Shown here piece after piece: positions 49,086-52,519 of a stretch of 52,519 nt of DNA. Position numbers and translations under genes: made by a program. This DNA is from a virus (Duplodnaviria > Caudoviricetes). Where the stretch lies: IMG/VR virus record IMGVR_UViG_3300029268_000023, positions 1 to 52,519 of that record. One strand, given 5' to 3'. Positions within the stretch are counted from its first letter, which is position 1. Each line of letters opens with the position of its first letter. The notes under the pieces are model-generated. The model saw only the letters and a program-made list of their open reading frames with translations, had not been told where the DNA came from and did no database searches.

Positions 49086-50369
49086 TTAGATTGCACCAGC
49101 AATAACCTGATTGACATTGCTGTAGTTAATCTGACGATAGTAACGTCCAGCATTCAATAGGGTTGTTGTAATAGCGTAACGTGACATTACACCAATACGT
49201 GGGCTGAAATCATTAGGATCGACTGCACGGTTCATAACACCAGTGATATATGGGCTATAGATAATACCAGCATCGCTGATACCAGAACCCTTGAAACCAA
49301 CAAGTGCATACTCAGAACCACCAAGAGCATACTGATCACGATATACTGCCAATGTGCCATTCAATCTTCCGATCTCTGCCATTCCAGCAAGCGAATCAAC
49401 ATCAGTTGCAATACCAGTGAAAGCTGGACGAGCAGACTGAAGAGCGGTTGCGATTCCAGGAGACACAACAACAAAGTTACCAGCACCACGACGGGTCTTG
49501 ATAGAAATCTTTTCTGCTGCGTAAATGATTGAAGTTACAATGGAAGCAATCTTTTCTTGACTCCAACGACCGTCAACATAAGTTGTACCAGAAGTAGCAG
49601 CAAGATCAAGACTTGTAGCTGTTTCACCACCGTTAGATGTATCGACAGCAGCTTGCTTCATTGAATATAGAAGCTCACGGTCCAATTCTGCAATAACTTC
49701 ATACTGAAGAATGTTTACAATCTCACGCTCGATATCAAGATTGTGCATTGCACGAATATCTTGAGCAGTTTCAAGGGAGAAAGAAGCAGCTAACTTACGA
49801 GTAAGAGCTGTAATTGTTTTCTGATCGATCTTAACCTGCAACTGTGGGTATGCACCAGTTGGACTAATCTGCCAATTTTCTGCAGTGGCTGCTGCGGCAC
49901 CAGTACCAGTATCTGCTGTAGCAGAGGTACCAGATGTACTACCAGTGAAACCAGAATACTGAGGAACCATATCCCATGCGGCTTCGTTCAAGCTATCCTT
50001 GTAGTAAACACGAAGAGCGTAAGCAAGACCTACTGGAGTATTCATAGCCTGTACACCAACACACTTGTTAGCAAACAAAGCTGGGAAAGTACGACGAACA
50101 AGAGCAAGCGAAACTGGCTTAAACTGATAAGCTGCAGCGTTTGGTGTGCCATCGATAGATCCACCAACTGTACCTAAGCCGTTGGAGAAAGCACCAGTAT
50201 CTTCTCCTAAAATATTTCCGTGGAAGTCTTTTGTTGCCTGGTTCTCAAGCAACTGAGCCATATTCTCTTGTCCTTCGCGGCTCTTAATATCAGCAATGGA
50301 AATTGGACCAAGTTCTGCGTCACTCCATTTTTCTATAAGCTGATCAATGTATTTTGGGTCTTTTCTCAT
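49086..50369 (-). CDS. Major capsid protein gp23
   Basis: LLENQ, LVRRTFP.L.A...GVQ.M..P.GL, TRKL.A..S.E.AQD..A.H..D.E.E, RRGAGN, PRIGVMSRY. Confidence 0.96.
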   Translation of the reverse strand: MRKDPKYIDQLIEKWSDAELGPISIADIKSREGQENMAQLLENQATKDFHGNILGEDTGAFSNGLGTVGGSIDGTPNAAAYQFKPVSLALVRRTFPALFANKCVGVQAMNTPVGLAYALRVYYKDSLNEAAWDMVPQYSGFTGSTSGTSATADTGTGAAAATAENWQISPTGAYPQLQVKIDQKTITALTRKLAASFSLETAQDIRAMHNLDIEREIVNILQYEVIAELDRELLYSMKQAAVDTSNGGETATSLDLAATSGTTYVDGRWSQEKIASIVTSIIYAAEKISIKTRRGAGNFVVVSPGIATALQSARPAFTGIATDVDSLAGMAEIGRLNGTLAVYRDQYALGGSEYALVGFKGSGISDAGIIYSPYITGVMNRAVDPNDFSPRIGVMSRYAITTTLLNAGRYYRQINYSNVNQVIAGAI

Positions 50370-50402
50370 ATTGTCCTCCTTATTTGTTTAGACATCTAAT
50401 AA

Positions 50403-50410
50403 TATTTATA
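50403..50410 (-). promoter_or_regulatory. T4-type late promoter TATAAATA
   Basis: Exact copies also at 52235, 51234, 49009, 44836, 38801, 28079, 26397, 16334 and 11081, all at gene boundaries upstream of a gene. Confidence 0.85.
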
Positions 50411-50422
50411 TTTCTACCTATT

Positions 50423-51204
50423 TTACAGATATCGGGCTGCTGCCTTACTTATTGAGAATTCTGCGTTTTCATTAATCTTTGGCTTTGTCTCAACAATACC
50501 ATCATCTTCAGTTATGATTTCTGCATGACCTGCGTCATCAGTATCACTAACTTTGTTCTCTTCGCTGATAACAATATCAATGAAGTTATCAATCTTCTTA
50601 TTGATTTCATCAATTGAAGAATTTTCAAACATCATGAATACACGTTTCTGCTGATCTTCTGAAAGTCCTTCAACCTTCTCATCAAGTAGTGCACCTTTTT
50701 CGTGCTGGCTAACTTTCTCATTAAGTTCCATCTTCTCAGCAATAAGTTGAGAAGCTTGTTCCTCAAGAGCCTTAATCTTTTCGACAGACTCTTTAACAAT
50801 CTTAGATCCTTCAGTATCAATAGCAATGTGACTCTCTTCGAAAACTTTCTTAATACCTTCTACAACTGGTAGAAGAGTTTCATTAATAGCAATCTTTAGA
50901 AGAGCTTCTTCTGAAATCTTTTCAGAAATTTCACTTTCCAAAAAGGCATCAAGATTTTCTATTAGTGAGCTTTAAGAGCTTCCATATCAGCTTTCTTTGA
51001 CTCTTCAAGCTTTACCTTTTCTTCTTGTACACGCTGTTCAACATACTCTTCAGCAAGCTTTTCCAACTCGGTTGTTTTTTCCTCAACAACCAAATCTATT
51101 TTTGTCTGTGCAGCCTCATTGATTTTATTTTCAATAGCGGCCTGAAGAGCTATTAAATCAGCAGCTTCCATAATACCTTCTAATTTTTTAAGAATATCCT
51201 TCAT
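50423..51204 (-). CDS. Prohead core/scaffold gp22-like; apparent 1-nt frameshift near 50965-50973
   Basis: Between gp21 and gp23; coiled-coil. ...EALK then -1 frame (S)LIENLDAFLESEISE... Confidence 0.78.
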
Positions 51205-51254
51205 GTTTCCTCCTTTAACGAGTTATTTAAAAGTATTTATATTTTATGACCATT

Positions 51255-51896
51255 TTAATGTATAGCTTCAATAAATTCAAGCATATATTGTAAAACGACT
51301 TTTGAATTGTATTTCTTATCAACTTGTTCTTTCAATCTATTGACAGCATACTCAACATACTTGCTACCCTCAATAATGAACTCTTTGTTCTCTAATATAC
51401 CATTTACGAAAGCATCTGGTGCAGAAGGATCTGCTACGATATCAACTGTGACCATATTATAGTCATCATTAACACGCTCACCATTAAGAGATCCAACACC
51501 TCTTGAAGATACACCAAGTAAACATCCCTCTTTAACTAATACTTGAGCTATTTTACCAGATGGAGTGTCAATCAACTTTGCAACACCAATCCAACTGTTA
51601 CTTCCATCTGAATCCAATGACTCTATAATGTGAGATACTCTATCAAGGTTGATAGATGGTGTTGGTGGATGATCCAATTCTCCGAATGCTCTTTTACGCA
51701 ATATTTTTTCATTATTAAACTTGCTCACCTCTCGCTCGAGAATAGGATGGGCATATCTACGTCCGTTTCTATTCTTTACTTCTGCTTGAAGAAATGGACC
51801 TTTAATACGGTATATTTTTTCATGATTTTCATTCTGCTCTGTCAATATTTCACAATCGTGAAAATCAATAAACTCCGTAATTAGTTTTAAAGACAT
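51255..51896 (-). CDS. Prohead protease gp21
   Basis: IKGPFLQAE.KNRNGR.Y, GELDHP, VSH, TP.G, GVSSRG.GS, DIVADPSAPDA. Start MSLKLITE behind AAGGAG. Confidence 0.95.
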   Translation of the reverse strand: MSLKLITEFIDFHDCEILTEQNENHEKIYRIKGPFLQAEVKNRNGRRYAHPILEREVSKFNNEKILRKRAFGELDHPPTPSINLDRVSHIIESLDSDGSNSWIGVAKLIDTPSGKIAQVLVKEGCLLGVSSRGVGSLNGERVNDDYNMVTVDIVADPSAPDAFVNGILENKEFIIEGSKYVEYAVNRLKEQVDKKYNSKVVLQYMLEFIEAIH

Positions 51897-51912
51897 GTTA
51901 GTCTCCTTTTGG

Positions 51913-52194
51913 TTATTCTCCTGCACCAGTATCATCTGTCACAGTGCTTTGAGAATCATCGTTCTCTTGATTTGTGTCAGGTGTATCTTCTGGTGGAGTA
52001 TTGTCGTCAGTTTCTATTGTTTCTGGTTCGTCTTCAACTGGTGGAACATACTCAACACCGTTCACTTTAGCAATAACTTCAGCTTTTTTAGCTGCAACTC
52101 TATCCATAATTTTCTTATTAACTACTTTTTCAAGATTATTTTTTAAATCAACATATTCTTTATTCTGTAGTGTATCAATTAATGTGTCAGACAT
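51913..52194 (-). CDS. Small acidic prohead core protein (gp67-like position)
   Basis: Between portal and gp21; acidic tail; late promoter upstream. Confidence 0.55.
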   Translation of the reverse strand: MSDTLIDTLQNKEYVDLKNNLEKVVNKKIMDRVAAKKAEVIAKVNGVEYVPPVEDEPETIETDDNTPPEDTPDTNQENDDSQSTVTDDTGAGE

Positions 52195-52256
52195 AATAAA
52201 CCTCCTAATTTAATTTATCAACTATTCATATTTCTATTTATAATACTATTCATAAT

Positions 52257-52519
52257 TTAAAATTGCATATCTGTTTCGGCTGGTTGTTCAGCTGCTGAGT
52301 TTGGCTCTCCTGATGGTTCTCCACCAGCATCTGGCTGAGCTTCTCCACCAGTTTGATCTGGAGTAGGAGCTGCCGCTTCCTGAGCAGCTTGTTCTTCTTT
52401 AGCTTTCTTATCAGCATCTTCTTTAGCTTTCTTCTTTTCTTTTTCTAACAATGCGTCATTTTCAGCATATTCATCATCAGGCATCTTAAAGTATTTCTTA
52501 ACAACAAACTCTTTTGAGA
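52257..52519 (-). CDS. Portal protein gp20, C-terminal end (partial)
   Basis: ..SKEFVVKKYFKMPDDE.. plus acidic tail, typical of the gp20 end; position upstream of gp21. Confidence 0.7.
   Translation of the reverse strand, partial: SKEFVVKKYFKMPDDEYAENDALLEKEKKKAKEDADKKAKEEQAAQEAAAPTPDQTGGEAQPDAGGEPSGEPNSAAEQPAETDMQF

Noticed and set aside
620-52213. Plus-strand ORFs and nested alternate-frame minus ORFs in the track (e.g. 3826-4311, 33990-34490, 40093-40314)
   Set aside because: Shadows of well-supported minus-strand genes, with no motifs or SD support.
1-52519. Stop-codon reassignment (TAG/TGA recoding)
   Set aside because: Core genes are full length in code 11. The breaks seen are frame changes or the intein split, not in-frame stops.
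1-52519. tRNA, CRISPR array, DGR/retron
   Set aside because: Intergenic gaps are short; no cloverleaf, repeat-spacer array or reverse transcriptase was seen by eye.

Overview
AT-rich segment of a large T4-like (Tevenvirinae-type gene set, divergent) myophage genome. All credible genes are on the minus strand and read in the standard code. In transcription order (right to left) it contains four blocks. (1) Head/neck/packaging: end of portal, gp21 protease, gp22-like scaffold, gp23 MCP, gp13, gp15, TerS, and a TerL fractured by a naturally split intein with a homing endonuclease between the halves. (2) Tail: sheath, three tube paralogues, hub/chaperone, tape-measure-like protein with an M15 peptidase, gp53/gp27/gp5/gp25/gp6-like baseplate, fibres and gp3, with two glycosyltransferases embedded. 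(3) regA and small proteins carrying T4-like capsid-targeting N-termini. (4) A ~12.8 kb sugar operon: six glycosyltransferases, FkbM methyltransferase, RibB, kinase, nucleotidyltransferase, atypical transaldolase and HAD phosphatase. Six free-standing homing endonuclease genes (HEGs) are scattered through the window. Top observations: a covarying three-way-junction/pseudoknot RNA motif upstream of two unrelated endonucleases; a probable virion-glycosylation system with a candidate [VILT]-S-[AG] sequon and an unusual sugar pathway; the split-intein TerL; and a candidate +1 frameshift ahead of the tape measure. All assignments come from motif recognition by eye, not database searches.
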